Shown here: positions 29,281-45,556 of the stretch, in pieces
Layout of the letters: each line of letters begins with the position of its first letter
Numbering within the stretch: the stretch's first letter is position 1
Source: the human T2T-CHM13v2.0 reference genome, Homo sapiens
Direction: 5' to 3' (one strand)
DNA length: 64,000 bases
Assembly: GCF_009914755.1 (NCBI RefSeq)
Contig: NC_060933.1
The notes under the pieces: model-generated
Told to the model about the DNA's origin: nothing
The model's database searches: none
The model's input: only the letters and a program-made list of their open reading frames with translations
Program-made: the position numbers and the translations under genes

Positions 29281-30457
29281 GCTGGGAAATACTTATCTTA
29301 CATAGTTGTTGTGATAAAGTAAGGATACAGGATATAAAATAAAGGAAAGATAAAGGAAGCAATGTGTTTCAAAGCTCTTTGCAGCCAGTACGCAGTAATA
29401 GTATAAATGGTTAACTTTCATGGATTGCTTACTACATGTTAAGCAAGGCCTTAAGTGCTTTGCATTCATTAACTCATTTAATCCTCACAGCAACCTTGGA
29501 TACTACAATTATCACCTTTTTATAGAAGAGGTAATTGAGGCAAAGATAAATTAAGTAACTTGCCATGGGTGATTCAGCTGGAGAGCTGCAGAGCTGGGGC
29601 TACGCAAGCAAAAGGGCTCCAGAGAATGCATTTTTAACCCCTACACTAATACACCGGAACATATTCTATATTAGCTGTTCTCAGCTACTAGACTTCAGAA
29701 TTTAGAATTTCATGGGTAAATGTGATAGTGTGAAAAATCACCTTTCATGTAATATTTTAGAGACAAAGGAACAGTAACTTAGCCTAGACGGATTTACTAC
29801 ACGTTTACTCCAAAATTTTCAAAACTATCCCCACTGTTCCTAAATAGTCCAGGCATTTTCATACCTCCAGTTTCATTGTACTTTGATAACAGTTCTTAAT
29901 TTTCTATGATTGGAAGGGCTACATGAAGCTGTCTGGATTTCAGAAGCCCAAGTTCTGCCAATCACTTGCTATGAGTGGTGATAAATATCATCTTTGTTTT
30001 TAAAAATGCATTCATCAGATGCCATGTTATCTTTTTATGTAAAAATATTATTTTAATTCCAAAATCTGCTAGACACAGCATTAAATACTTAAATTAATCT
30101 CATATAGAAGTATAAAAATAAAAAATCTCAATAAAAATCTTAGTGGCATGCAGGCAGATTTTAAAATATTTCAATACTGAGCAATTATTTTTTTTTGGAG
30201 GAACAGAAAATATAGAAAAGCCAAAAAAAAAAAAACTAACTATAGTTTCTTTCCCAGAGATACATATTACTAAAATATGGTGTATATGCTTTCAGTTATT
30301 CTTTGTTCATGCACACATTTTAAAATTATCTAAAATTAGGATCAAATTGATATAATATTATTTGATAACCTGCTTAATTAGTAAATCTTAAAATTCCATA
30401 GTTCTGAGCTCAGATATACTTGTCCTCTTGTAAAACTGCATTGGCCATATTTGACTA

Positions 30458-30785
<328 letters not shown>

Positions 30786-32298
30786 TAAATTTAGCTGAAC
30801 AAGTGATTTTATCCCAATTATGTAAGCTAGTATAACAATATAATCCACCCCATTAACAAGAAAAAATGTGAACGTCACGTGGTTACCCAAATAGATGTTG
30901 AGGAGAAGCTAAGGCCCTCAAAATTCAACATCTTCACTTAATTAAAATTCTAAAAATTGGCAGGGGAGTTTTTTTTTTTTTAAAAAATGATAAATAAATC
31001 AATGATTATACAAGTTGTACATTTATCAGTCTTCCAAAAGTTCACATGATAGCTCATGGAAAAATACAAGAATCCTTTCTCTAGAAACAATAGGAATAGA
31101 CCAGAGTGCCCCTCCCATCAATAGTCCTTTCTGATAAATTTGCTAGAAATTCTGGCACTGAGTCTTGAGTACAAAAAGAAATAGAAAAAAGTACAAGCAC
31201 TGTTCTCTTTAAATGACAGAATTCAAAATGAGCAAACCTTCATTTTGCTCATGAAAGTAAATCAGGAATTTTTAGAAGTGATATGACTCCAGCAGATTTG
31301 CAGGATAAAAGGTAAATCTACAAAATCCATTATATTCCATTATATAGATGATATAGAGTGGGAGAATATAAGGGAAAAAAGAGATCCTGTTCATGATGAC
31401 AACAACTTATAATGAACCCTATTAGAAAAATAAGTAAATAAAGTCATGTGAGTACTGTAATTCTGATTGGGAAAGCAAGATATAGTAAGTGGAAAACATA
31501 AACAATCAGTTCAGAAAGAATGTAATAAGAAAAATTCTAAAATACTTGAATCTATAAAAACAAATGTTACAAGACCAATATGAAGGAAACTACAAAACGT
31601 TATTGAAGGACATAAAGAAGATCTGAAATAATGAAGAAATCTGCATTGTTCCTGAACTCAGTATTGTAAAGATTTCAACTGCTCCCAAATCAACTTATAA
31701 ATCCAGTCTAATTCCAAGCAAAAATTCTAATAGGATTTTTCACATAGCTTGACAAAGCCAATTTCTTTGAAAGTGAGAGCAAGTCTCATTTGAAGAATGT
31801 TTTTTAAAATGAACAATCACACAGAAAGATTGTAAGAATGGAGAAAACATTTTTGAAAAAGAAGAAAAATAGTAGGCCTGCTATAGCATATACAAAAAAT
31901 ATATAAGGCTGTAACTAATGTTAAGGATGTAGGATGAGTACAGTTTTAGACAGATAAATTAATGGATTCAAATAAAGTGTCCAGAAATAGATCTATGTGA
32001 ATTTGTCTACTTACTGTATTGACATGGAGGGATTTAAACTCAATTGGAAAATGTCAGACTGTTCAATAAGTATCCATTTGAGGAAAAAATTAAATTCTCT
32101 ATTTCAGATCTTTCACATACACACAAAATTAATTCCATATGGAGTAAAGACCAAATGTAATGACCAAAACTATTAAAAATTTGGAAGAAAATAAAAGTTT
32201 ATGACTTTGGGATATAAAAAAGCTTTGTTAAACAAAAAGCAAAAAGCAAACACACACACACACAAATAAGAAACAAGTAAATAAACATGACCGCATCA

Positions 32299-32620
<322 letters not shown>

Positions 32621-32756
32621 TTAAGGCAACACATTTATATAACCAAAAATACCAGACACAAAATTAATATAAGCACCTTGAATATTTCTGGGATGAAATA
32701 AAGTGAGAGCAGTGGTTTTCTCAAATGTTGAGAATTGGGGGAAGAATCAAGGATAG

Positions 32757-33159
<403 letters not shown>

Positions 33160-33866
33160 TCCCTGTTTTTTTAAATAATAAAAAAGACAACAGACTAGAA
33201 GAAACTACCCCATATAGATGAGAGAAATGATAAATATCCAGAGTATATCAAGAATTTCAACAGTGACAAAAACCTGCAGAAAAAAATGAGCAAAATTATC
33301 TTTAAGGTGACTAAAAATACATAAGTAATCAATGGCATTCAAATTTTTAAAAACAGGTTTCTATTTTTCACTAATCATGCTTACAAAGATTTTAAAGTTT
33401 GGGTACTATTCAGCCCTGGTAAGAGTAATGGGAAAATCTATGTACAGTCTTACATAGTGTGGTTGTAAATTGGTCTGCCATTTTGGAAGACAGTTTTGCA
33501 GGAGCTATTAAAATTTTAAATGTTCATCCCTCATACCTTGGCAATTCGTTTTCTCTTTGGCTACCTTAGAGAATAGTCACTCATGGCACCAGTCAATTCC
33601 TTGCCTGTTTTTAGTTGGAGCCAATTTGGGACATTATGTCCAATCCAGTCACTTTCACTGCCCTGAGTTTAGAATAATAAAATTGCTGTCCAGTAAGCAG
33701 ACTTAAGAAATAGATTAGAAACAGCAAAATTTTAGTAATGAACATTAATAAAGATAATCACATCCCATTTTTAATTATTATATCAGCATGAAAACACATC
33801 TTTAGTGGAGCATTATTTTGTCAAAATAGAAGATTGTAAATATATTTTTCTTTTTTTGGTTTCTAG

Positions 33867-34166
33867 AATTTAAACCAGAATCCAAGGACTCTTTTGCCAA
33901 AATTTTACGGACTGTATTGTATGCAATCAGGAGGCATTAATATCAGGATTGTGGTGATGAACAACGTTTTGCCACGCTCCATGAGAATGCACTTTACATA
34001 TGACTTGAAAGGCTCAACGTATAAGCGAAGAGCATCCCGTAAAGAGAGAGAGAAATCCAACCCCACATTTAAGGACTTAGATTTCCTGCAAGACATGCAC
34101 GAAGGGTTGTATTTTGATACGGAAACATACAACGCGCTTATGAAAACACTTCAGAGAGACTGCCGG
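33867..34166 (+). CDS. PIP5K1B: PIP5K1B coding exon D (300 nt, phase 0 to 0): [15 protein letters not shown]...[13 protein letters not shown]...KDLDF...LQRDCR
   Basis: Acceptor ttttggtttctag|AAT, donor CGG|gtaagg; overlaps ORF 33894..34199; DLKGS and KDLDF motifs. Confidence 0.97.
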
Positions 34167-37100
34167 GTAAGGAAGTTTGATTGTTGTGATTTCCTTTGAA
34201 CTCTGTGCTCATGTAAACTGTGGCTGCCACTTATTGAAAGCATAGAAATAAGGAATGTCCAAAGTGGCAGACATGTGGAATCCTATCTTTCCCAATCCTG
34301 GCGCTGAGCCATGCTTCCCTGATATTGAAGGAATTGGTAGATGATAAGGGAGTTATCTAGAGTCCTTAACCTACATCTCTGTTGATTTTACTAATAAGCT
34401 AAGTCAGCTTTCTTTGATAAAATGAAACAAGAAAGCTTTGTTTTCTTTTCTTTCTCCGCTGTGGGGAAGATAGTTTAACTAGAAAGAAATAGAATTTAGG
34501 TTTAATGTGGTGTTGAGTAAGAAAAGCCGTATAGAAATCTTGGAAGAAGTAAGACTCGAACTGGGGAGACAAGTTTAAAGAAAATGTACTTGGGATTAAT
34601 AATGGCTCCCTAGAGATCAGTGTGGATGCAAAACTATGATATGAGCAGCACGTTTGCTGAAATTATTTTATGTGGTCTGAATAAGAGGTGAGCAGGAATG
34701 AAGCTTGCCAATTAGGGCAGACACCATTCCATGCAAACTTAGCTGGAGTGATTGTCCAAAGTGGGGAGGAATTCCCCCAGGCTGCAATGCTTTAAAAAAA
34801 AAAAAAAAAAAAAAACTAAGGGAAGATTTTTTCTAACATGGTGAAAAGAGATAAAAATTTTTTTAGAGAAAAGAAAAATGCAGTGCTAATAACTTCTGAA
34901 GGATAATAATCATGGGAGAACCGTCCAGCCACTTGGCTAAGTTGGGTAGTGGAGGTGGGCAGAAAGCATGATGGCACAGGCTGTGGTTTTCTGCACTTTC
35001 CATGGGCCTGGACGGATGACCCATGTTGTTATAGGGGAGGGGAGACACTTCTCTGCCAGACCCAAACTCACGTGAAGGTGAGGAAGACAGTCTGACACCC
35101 CTTCTAAGGTATAAAGTAGGGAATTTCCACTAAGGAACACAGGTCTACTGTTTCTGTTTTTTTTTTTTTATTTCTTCCTTTCTGCCTGTTATAGCTTGCA
35201 TGATTGTGCACAAAAATGTGTCCTTAGAATTGTTTTTCTTTATTGACAGAGATGTTACTCCTATTGTTTAGCTACCGTTTATTGAATGCTTACAGTATGC
35301 CAGGTTAGTCTAAGGTTTTTTTAATGCATCATTTCACTTAATTCTCTCAGCAATTCTTTGGAGTCAGTACTATTCATACTTCCATTTTAATTGCTGAAGA
35401 ATTGGGTTCTTAAAGAGATTCAGAAACTTATCCAGCATTACTTACCAAGTCAATGACAGAGCCCACATCTGTTTGGGTACAAAGGCATGTGCTTCTAACA
35501 ACTAAAACTTAAAGTCTCACTCTGAGGATTTTTTTTTAATTATCTTTTCAGAAGTCAGGGAAGGAGCAGTAGGAACCAAGCAAACAGACGAACAAAAAAC
35601 GTCCAGCAGATATTCAGATATCTGAGTGGATTTGAGTGATGCATGTTTTTCTATTCAAAAAACGTAAAAACAGAACACACATATTTTAGTAGAAATCTTT
35701 TTCCTGTGTTTTTTCTGCCCTTTACAGGATGTGGGTAAAAAGTGACTCTCAATTCCCCAGAGTTTAGTGTCAGCCTCTCCAGTTTTAAGTTTGCTTTCTC
35801 TTTTGTGTGCTTCTTGCCTCTTTAGTATGGAAAGCCTTTATCTGCTGCCTTCTAATACCACATGCTTCTCTGCCAGAAAAAAAAAAAAAAGCAAATGTAA
35901 AAGAGCCATTGCTCAGGATTTGTCTATTTATTAGTGTTTCCTGAGCTCAGGACTGAGACCGCGAGGTCAAACCAAACTTTTCATCACAAGTGAGACCCTG
36001 GAGATTTGCCTTTTTATTTTTTATTCTTTGGCAGGTTTGTTGTTCTAAGGAACATAAAGGTCAAGGTAGAGGTATCCTGAGGCTAACTCCCTCTTACTCA
36101 CTGCATTTGCAGTTGTACAAGACACAGATCCTGGACATTCTTCAAAATATGTACATCTGCCTTCAGAAAGGCTTCTCTTGGGCTGGTATGGGAGTGTGTA
36201 AATGCTGAGCTGTAGGGGAACTCAGCTCCCTTCCCTGATCTGTCCTGACCATGACCAAGTCCTCTGGGATCTGGATTCAACAGCTGGTGCTCTGAGCAGA
36301 GCTGCCTCAAGGAAAGCCTATTTCTGGAATGGTGAATATTAATATTTAATAGTCAAGGGCCTCTTAGTAAATCGTATGAATGCTGTGAACTCTCCTCCCC
36401 CCAAAAAATGCCCATCCTCGTGATGGATCGTGAATCTCTTGGAGCCCGTTGTTCCTTCCCTTCCTTCTTCCCCAAGGCTCAGAATCCCCTTCCTAGAGTT
36501 ACCTCTCTCTCTCTTCAGGTCATCCTCTGAAAGGCCAACTCACTGGATGATTGCAATAGGATATGTGGTTGACATCGCCCCAATATTGCCCTTGCTTTGC
36601 AGAGCTGAGCCTCAGTGCTGGCTGAGGGGCTGCAGAGACCCAGAGGGTCTGCAAGGTTAGTCTGAGCTGAGGCCAGCACCTATCAATCAGGAATCTCCTC
36701 TGCTAAAATTCCTGTGAGACAGTATGGCTAAGGCTCTAGAAACAAACCAGTTAGAGAAATGTATTACTGTATCAGCACCCCAGGCAGAGAAAGGTGAACT
36801 AAACCTATATTAGGATATATGCTTCTATTCACTTATCAGCACATATTGCAAGCACACTACATGCCAAGCATGAGGTGCACGACCTTTATTTTTTATCAAT
36901 TGCCATACAGTCTAGTATGTGCAATGATATTATATTGTGAAGATTAGAGTAGGGAACATTGTAGCTTGCTTTTAAAGGATGAGAAGCTTTCTCCGGATAG
37001 GCAAAGCAGTAGAAGCATATTTCTAGGATAAGAGAACAATAGGTATGAAACAATGGGTGTGAAATAGCACAATGTGTTCCGGGAGCTATAGTTGTTTGGT

Positions 37101-37689
37101 TTTGGGGCAGTTAATAGGGAGAGCATGTGGGGTAGAAGAGGAAAGTGGCCACATAATATGAGAGCCACATATTGTCAGAAGACCCTTTCTGGTGGTGCCA
37201 GGGAGCTCTTAAGGACTTAGCAGTAGCAAATCCAAGAATCCCAGACCTTTGGACCCCAGCTTCTTTGTTGTTCCCAGATGGATTTGTTAAGCCTCTTAAC
37301 CTATGGCTGACCTCCCCCTGCTTCTTGGCGCCCCCACCTCTCCTTTCATATTTTGGCTTGACATCTCAGACCCTGGAATTCTATTTCCTTTAGCATGAGT
37401 GCTGGCCGGAAGGGCCAGCTTGACCTAGCTTATTGCCTGCTCCCCATGGACTGCTTCCCTGACTGCCAATCAGAGCTGCCGTTTCTGAGCTCTGCGTCTG
37501 AAAAGACCTGAACAGCCTCATCCTGCACTGAGTCCTCCTGACACATACCATCTTCTCCTGGCATCCTTGTGGCAGCCCCTGAGTCCCTTTGCCTGGCTTT
37601 CCCAAGCCCAGTCCCAGACCCCTGTGTATAATAAGCCTGCCCTTTGGGATGGTTCATTCCTGACCAACTCCTCCATGTAGCACATTGGC

Positions 37690-38950
37690 CACTTGGAACT
37701 ATTCTAGAAAACTGATCTTCTTTTATGCCTCAACCCTGCTGAGCCCAATTCCCCCACAGGATCAGAGGGCTCTTTCCAAAAGCAGGCATCCAGATGTCAG
37801 GTTCTGCACCCCATCTCCACATTGCTATTCCCCATTGGCTGTGTGTGGTGGGGGAGAAATGGATATGTAAATGATGAGTCCCCTTTCTTGAAGGCTTTCC
37901 TATCCCTTGGTCTGACCCTCTATATGCTCACTGCCACAGCCATCCATACCCACAAGTTAATTTGAGCCAAGGAAAGAGTGGTGACATTGAGTACTACAAA
38001 GACATCACAGATCACTTGCTATCAAAACCAGAAAGCAGGATTTATTCAAACCATCCCCAATGGCTCCCACGTGACAGACAAGCTGAGATGCGTGTCCTAT
38101 TTGAAAACTGCTCATCCCAGGTACCCCTTCATCTTCCGCCAGGCCTGCACCTCTTCTAGTCTTCTGTGACCCAGGGAACATGACCATCGTGCAGCCAGAT
38201 ACCCAGATCTGCACCCTGAAGCTACTCCTTCCTCCCTCCTCTCCCTCTTTCCCTGCATGCAGTAAAATCACCATGTCCCAGTCTGCCTACCAAATAACTC
38301 ATGGCTCTGCCCCCTCCTCACTGTAGGCACAGCCACTGCTTTTATTGAGACCGTGGTTATTCATCACCTGGAGTTTTGCTGTAGCCTCTTTGCTGGTTTT
38401 CATTATCATTGCCTTCCATCACATCCCCACCACTGCTGCCAGACTGATCCTCTGATCAGAAGACTTAACACTCTCTGGCCAAGGTTCCCCACTGCTTTTG
38501 GGCGAAAGCCAGTGATTCCCAGCTTGGAACATTAATATCCTTCCTGATCTGGTCCCTGCTACATTCTCCAGATGCGTTCTTCAGCTTCTGTCTCCAGCCT
38601 TCTCTCTCCCCTCTCCTCTGATACAGATCCCCACTCTCCAGCTCTTCTAATCTACTGGCCACATTCTCTAAAGGTTTTGGTTTTTTTATGCATGCCTCAC
38701 TCTGCTGGACCGTTCTTCCCCTCTTCTACACCTGGCCCTCACCTGCTCGTCTCAGGACTACTCAGGGATCAGTTCCTCCAAGACCGTGCTGTTGTGGTTC
38801 CCCATGCATCCTGGGCTTACTTCTTTCATGGGACTTAATACACTGTTACTTTTTCACATGTAAATCCTGGAGCCTGAGGAGCAAGGCTTAATCTATCTTT
38901 ATATCTACATGCCTGGTTCTTAGTAGGTACTTAGTAAGTGTTTATTGGAA
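37690..38950 (+). mobile_element. Diverged L2 fragment(s)
   Basis: Pyrimidine-rich L2-like text ending tagtaggtacttagtaagtgtttattgg. Confidence 0.45.
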
Positions 38951-39283
38951 TATGTATTTGAACAGAGGAATAATCAGCTGTCTAATGATTTTAAAAAAAG
39001 AGAAAGAAAGGTTTAGGTAAGAAACCTGTCTTTGGTGATTTTTGTGTATCTAGCTATTTTTTAAGTTCTGCCTATTTTGGAGGAAGTATCCAGTTTCACT
39101 GCAATGCCTGCCAAAAATTGCACTGAGAATTTAATAAAGTAGATTATCTCCATTTTGAGTCACTTGGGATTATTTGAAAAGTTGTACTGGTTGTCCTCCT
39201 ATCAAGAGTCATTTGTGTAACAAAAGTACATTTATATTGCAGTGAGTTTTCCCATGGAAGCAATGTTGTAAATGGTCATTAGA

Positions 39284-39740
39284 CTTTTTTTCTTTCCAAC
39301 TTTTATTTTAAGTTCAGGGGTACATGAGCAGATTTGTTACATGGGTAAATTGTCATGAGGGTTTGGTGTACAGATTATTTCATCACTCAGGTAATAAGCA
39401 TAGTACCTAATAGGTAAATTTTCCATCTTTCTACCCTCCTCCTCCCGCCCTCCACCCTCAGGTAGGCCCTTGTGTCTGTCATTTTCTACTTTATGTTCAC
39501 ATGTGCTCAATGTGCAACTCCCATTTAGAAGTAAGAACATGCAATATTTGGTTTTCTGTTACTAGGTTAATTCACTTAGAATAATGGTCTTCACCTCCAT
39601 CCATGTTGCTGCAAAGGACATGATTTCATTCTTTTTATGGCTACATAGTATTCTGTGTTGCGTATGTACCATATTTTCATTATCCAGTCCACTGTTGATG
39701 GGCATCTAGGTTGATTCTATGTCTTTGCTATTGTGAATAT
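39284..39740 (-). mobile_element. L1PA13-16-like 3' end, antisense
   Basis: aacttttattttaagttcaggggtacatg...ccatgttgctgcaaaggacatgatttcattc. Confidence 0.85.
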
Positions 39741-40779
39741 GGACTTTATTTTATTAGCACTGACCCCTGTCTTCTTTAGGTGTATGTACTGTCTCTCCAG
39801 CGAGACTTTAAATGTCTCAAAGGGCAAAGCTCATTCTTTACACCTCTCTGCAGCTGCAGCACCTGGCTTACTCTATACACTCAGTACATGTTGCAAGATT
39901 GTGATTGAAAACTCTTTTGAATTGAAAATGTATATATTAATTTTAAAAGAACAATTAGGATCTATTTTTGTATTCATTGTAATTTACCATGATTATTTTT
40001 TCTCTGATATAAGTTATCTATGTAAAATCTAGAATCCCATATCATTTAATTAATTTGATAAATTTTTATATGCTGAAATATTTATTAATAACTCTGGGAA
40101 ATGACTTTGAGACAAAGTATATTAGTGAGAACTTGTGTTTACAACCCAAATATTTTTAATCCTTCAAGTGAGAGTCATTTCAGAGACAGTCTTGATAATT
40201 AATGACCTAATGACTTATTTTACATTTATTATAATTTTTGTTGAGCCGCATGTTATTAATTTTTAAAGAGTGTGGAACCAATTTTCTTTTTTCACACAAA
40301 TGACTGTAACCATAAATATTAATAGGTTCTCAGAATTTAATGAAACCAGTCTCAAGAATACTGAAACTTTCTGATGTGCAAAGAAGGGTCTTTCTATGTA
40401 AGGCAAGTTCTGAATTTATGAATCAGATTCTTAACAGCTATGGGCATGTTTGCATGGGTTACAAAATGGGTTATTTTATATAATATTTAACATTATGGCT
40501 ATTGCTTACCATTCAGCTATAATTTTGCTGGTAGTAAACTTTTTACATTTTGTTCAGACAGTTTATTTTCTTTTTTTGATATTGCTTGCCTTCTCAGTTA
40601 TCACTGGGGAAGAAAAAATGCTTTAGACCTAATACAAAGGAGACGTACATATCCTGAAGGTAGAAATACTTCAATTTAAATTATCCTCTCATCAATAAGG
40701 AATTCGATTTTGTTTTTAGACTTCAATCAAAACATGAAAAGGGTGCAGGGACATCATTGACTCCACACTCCTAAATTAC

Positions 40780-41086
<307 letters not shown>

Positions 41087-41449
41087 AAATCCACTGTCTT
41101 TCAAAGTGTGTTTTACAAACACTGTAAACCCATGAGATATTTGATTTGCTCCATTGTCTTAAAATTATGAGTTTTGGCTATCTGTAATAGTTTGATATCA
41201 TAGCAGTATAAGCATAAAGCAAAGTTAAAGTTGGTGAACAAATAAAACCAACTCATAGAATCAAAGATTGTTCGAGTTGGAAGGAATCCTAAGAGTTCCT
41301 AAGAAACAGTAAAAGAATGCCTTCTACTCTCTGGTCTTAGAAAAAATGATTTTGGACTTACCTAGCCAAGCCAGGTTTTATTGTGAGAACAGAAATAATG
41401 ATGTCATATCATATATGCAAGGGCTTTGTAAATTTTTCTACCTGTAAAT

Positions 41450-42340
41450 TTTTTTACTTTGTATTTTGAGATAATAGATTCACATGCCGTTGGAAGCAAT
41501 AACACAGAGAGATATCATACACCCTTCACTCAGTTTCCCCCAGTGGTAATATCTTGCACAATCTTGCACAACCTTAGTACAGTATCACAATGAGGAAATT
41601 GACTTTGGTACAACCTACTGACGTTTTTCAGCTTTTTTCAGATTTCACCAGTTTTACATGCACATGTGTGGTGGGGGAGGTTCTGTGCAATTTTAGACGT
41701 ACATAGATTTATATAACCACCACCTTGGTCAAGTACAGAACAGTTCTTTCTCAAAGATGCCTAATGGTACCCTTTTATAGCCACAGCTACCTCCTTCCCT
41801 CACAACTCTTCCTAATCCTGTGCAATTACCAATCTGTTTTCCATCTCTGTAATTTTATCTTTTCGAGAATGCTGTATAAATGGAATCATACAGTATATAA
41901 CCCCTGAGATTGGCTTTTTTTTACTCAGCATAATGCCATTGATATTCATCCAATTATTGCCTGTATCAGTAATGTGCTCCTTTTTATTGCTGAGTGATAT
42001 TTCTTGGTATGGATGTATCACAGTTTATAACATTCACCCGCTGATGAACATGTGGGTTTTTTCTAGTTTTTGAGTGTTACAAATAAAGCTGCTGTGAACA
42101 TTTGTATACTGGCTTTTGCGTGAGCACAGGTTTTCATTTCTCTGAGATAAATGCCTGAATTCAATTTCTATGTCATATGGTAAGTGCGTGTTGAATTTTT
42201 TAAGAAACTGCCATACTCTTTTCCAGAGTGGTTGCACCATTTTACATTTCCACCAGCAGTGGATGAATGATCCATTTTTCTCCTTTTCCTCACTAGCATC
42301 TGCTGTTGTCACTATTTTTTATTTTAGCCACTCTGGTAAG
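41450..42340 (-). mobile_element. L1MB-like 3' fragment, antisense
   Basis: ORFs 41812..42021 and 42034..42312 carry L1 3' translations (HCWWKCKMVQPLWK..WQFLKK). Confidence 0.8.
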
Positions 42341-45300
42341 TGTGTATTTAAGTCTCTTGCTAAAAAATTACTTGAGTATATGCCCCAGAAAAGCTAAAGA
42401 TAAATCTAATAAAGCAGTTTGGGGATATAGAAAAGAGTGGTGAAAAGAAAGCGGAAAAACTCAGTGGTTAAGTTTAGTGCCTGGTGATATGCCTGTGAGA
42501 CTATGCAACTGACAAGATTCCTAAGAAAAGGCCTGCGATACAGGAGTTTAACGTGTGTGTTTCTAATAATAAGCACTCCTGTGAGACTTCATCTAAATCT
42601 ATTCTACAGCCATTGGTGTTGCTTCATTATATTGTAATTACTTGATTACATGTTTAACGTTTGCTACTAAAAATCTGCTCTGTGGGAACTGTGGAACCTC
42701 ATTTTCCCAGTCTTAGCTCACTCGAGAGTTCTTACACAGCATTTCTCTTGGTGTCAATCTTCTGATGAAGCCTAGGAAATAGCAACAGCAAACATTCTTG
42801 GAATAGTGAATCTTACCTAGTCAATGCACATAATAAAAGCAGGTTTTAGTAATAACCTACACATGGTTTGTCTGGAAAGAACCAAGGTAAATCATGTCAA
42901 CATTGTGAATTTGTGGATTAATTGTTTGGAGTACATTTGTATTGCTCATTTGTCCAAGGTCTGTTAAAGGCCAGTGAATTACTAAATTGCAACTGTGTTG
43001 ACCTCTTCATCCTCTCAGTTTTTATTTAGGTGGCAACTGGTGTCGCCATTGAAGACCATCCATACACCACAACTGTTCAGTAGTCTTGGGAGGGGGCTGG
43101 TGTTTGTCTAGGCTTTTGCCGCTTGCTGCAGCTTAGTTCTGCTGAAAGTAGGGAATGGAAATGAGCTGCTGGCAGCAACAGAAGGAACACAATAATCCAT
43201 GCAAGATAGTGTCAGGGTAGCTACAAAAATCAAAATAACTCTATGCTGTTGTTCATGCCTGACTTTCTACTAAGTAAGACAATTCCCAAATTTTACAGAA
43301 TATGCTCTTCTGGGTTTTGGTGGAGAGAGGGTTCCATCTTGGATATAACCTATAGATACCAAAGTAACTTAACATGTAAAACAAATCATATGTAATATGT
43401 AATCATCAAATACGTATATACAATACAATACATAATACTTTATTGCATGGACAATAAGGATGCATTTCCAAGGCTTACTTTATCTGTGGGTTGGTTCAGG
43501 TAACATTTATTTAAACTTTGAGCCAGACAATCTATTACATATAGGTTCTCTCATTCATCTTCACAACAGCCATGTGAAGTGAGTGGTATGATTACCTTTT
43601 GACAGATAAAGAAGTGAATCCTCAGGAGAGGTTCAGCTTCCGCAGGTCCACAGAGCTCACAGTGCTGCATCCAGAATTTATACCCAGGTCTCTCTGACTC
43701 CAAACCCATGTTCTTTCATCATTACACTCTCCTTAAGGAGCTTGTGTATAATGGTGGTAAGGCCACTGAAATGAAAACATTAAGTAATAACATGGACAGA
43801 TATAGGCAGCATGGGCTAGAAGTGCTCAATGACTGGTCACCTAACTCTGACAAGGAGATACAGGGGCAGATGCTGTAGGAGTCAGGAAAGGGCTCAATCC
43901 TAGTGGAGAGCTTGGTTTGGACAGGACAATGAGTTCATGAAATCTTGCAGCCTATTTCAAGGAAGGAACACAGTGCCAAGTGACTAAGGAACACAAAGTA
44001 AAATAAATAATCCAAACATTTAATTTTAAAAGTTTAATGAAAAGCATAATCAAGCCCATTGACATTTGCCAACTGTTACCAATGTGCATGCACACGAAAT
44101 CCTATTAAGTTAAAAGCGAGGCTTCCTTCTGAGCAATGCAGCGGTTACAGGGGGGTTGATTGTTTTTGAAATCTTGCAGGGGAGGAGATTAGGGACTCAA
44201 TGTGTGACGTTGAATCCTGTGTGAGCAGCTTTTGAGAATTCTGATTCACTACAGAAACGGAAGGATTATCAAGTCAGTAGTTTGCTTTTTTTTTTTTTTA
44301 AACTCTCACTGCAAACCAAAGTATTATCAAAATTTCTATAGAAAGAATGAAAATGGGAAACTGAAGGTAATTTCCTCGGCTCTAAGAAATAAACTCCTTT
44401 TCCTTTCTTCCTAAAAGAGATATTACCTAAAGATTGGAGAGTTGAAGCATTTCCTGAGTTTGTTGTTATGTGTCTAGCAAGTTTTCATTTTAAGTAACTT
44501 GTCCCACAGAAATTTATATATGCAATAATTCAAGTTAAGGAGAGCTAAAATCTTTGGGCTTATGAAATAGAACAATGTTATATCTACTACTTAGAGTTTC
44601 TGGCTTTTTTGTAAAAAGAACCTACTGGTCTCTGATTAGATGACCCTAAGTGTAGGAGTAAGGTCAATATAGGCCCCAAGCAGAAAGACCCACAAAGTAT
44701 TTGGGGGAGGGAGCAAAGGGAAGGAAATGCCCCCAAGGACCCCTCTTCTCCTCCCTGTTGAGAATCCTGGGAGTGCAGAGAGGAAAGCTATGGCAGGAAG
44801 GGGAAGTGGCCACACGGGGCCTGATGGTAGCAACTCTGGCTTTGAAGATGTATCTGGAAAGGCTTTGAGGTTGGCTGCTGTGGATCTGGTTGTGGATTCT
44901 GACGTAAGCCAGTCATACAGATCATGATGCAAAACAGGGCAGAGTTGCCAACAGCCAATCCAAAAGAGATGTTAGGGGCAGCAAACCCTGGTGATTTACA
45001 AAATGGAATTGAGGCTCCATACCTTGGGAGGAACTTCTGGAAGCTAGTGAGGGACTGAGTTACAGAGATTTAAGGCATATTTGAGAGTTTCCAAGGTCTA
45101 GGAAAATATTACAAAGTTTAAAAAATGGTTCAGAAATGTGCCTTGTGATACATTACCCAGTGCATTGTGTACCTGTCAGACATGACCTTGTCTTCCTCCC
45201 AGAAGCTTTCAACTTAGGCTTAAAGAATAAAGAGTAAAATCAGTTTGATTTTATAGGGCTTAATTTTATTCATTCAACATCCAGGGCACATTTATGGAGT

Positions 45301-45556
45301 ACCGATGGTGCTGTAGGACCAGGGCCTGCACGATTACCTTGTGAAAAGTAAAGTACTTTGGACATCCAGTGGTTCTGAACCTTTCAGAAAAGATCACCCC
45401 ATACTGGCTTCTGAGAGGTTTGGGGCCACGTATATGGCTCTTCATCCCTGTCAGTATCAGTCCACACTCTTTACATGCCCTTCTACCCTGCAACTGAGTG
45501 TCCCTTTGATATCACCAGTGTTCTTCCTTCAAAGACATTTTTCAATTTAGTGTTTT

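Noticed and set aside
33905-34132. Antisense 75-aa ORF over exon D
   Set aside because: Shadow of the coding exon with no independent signals.
39005-39022. TAG|GTAAGA as a recursive splice site
   Set aside because: The upstream sequence is purine-rich with no polypyrimidine tract.
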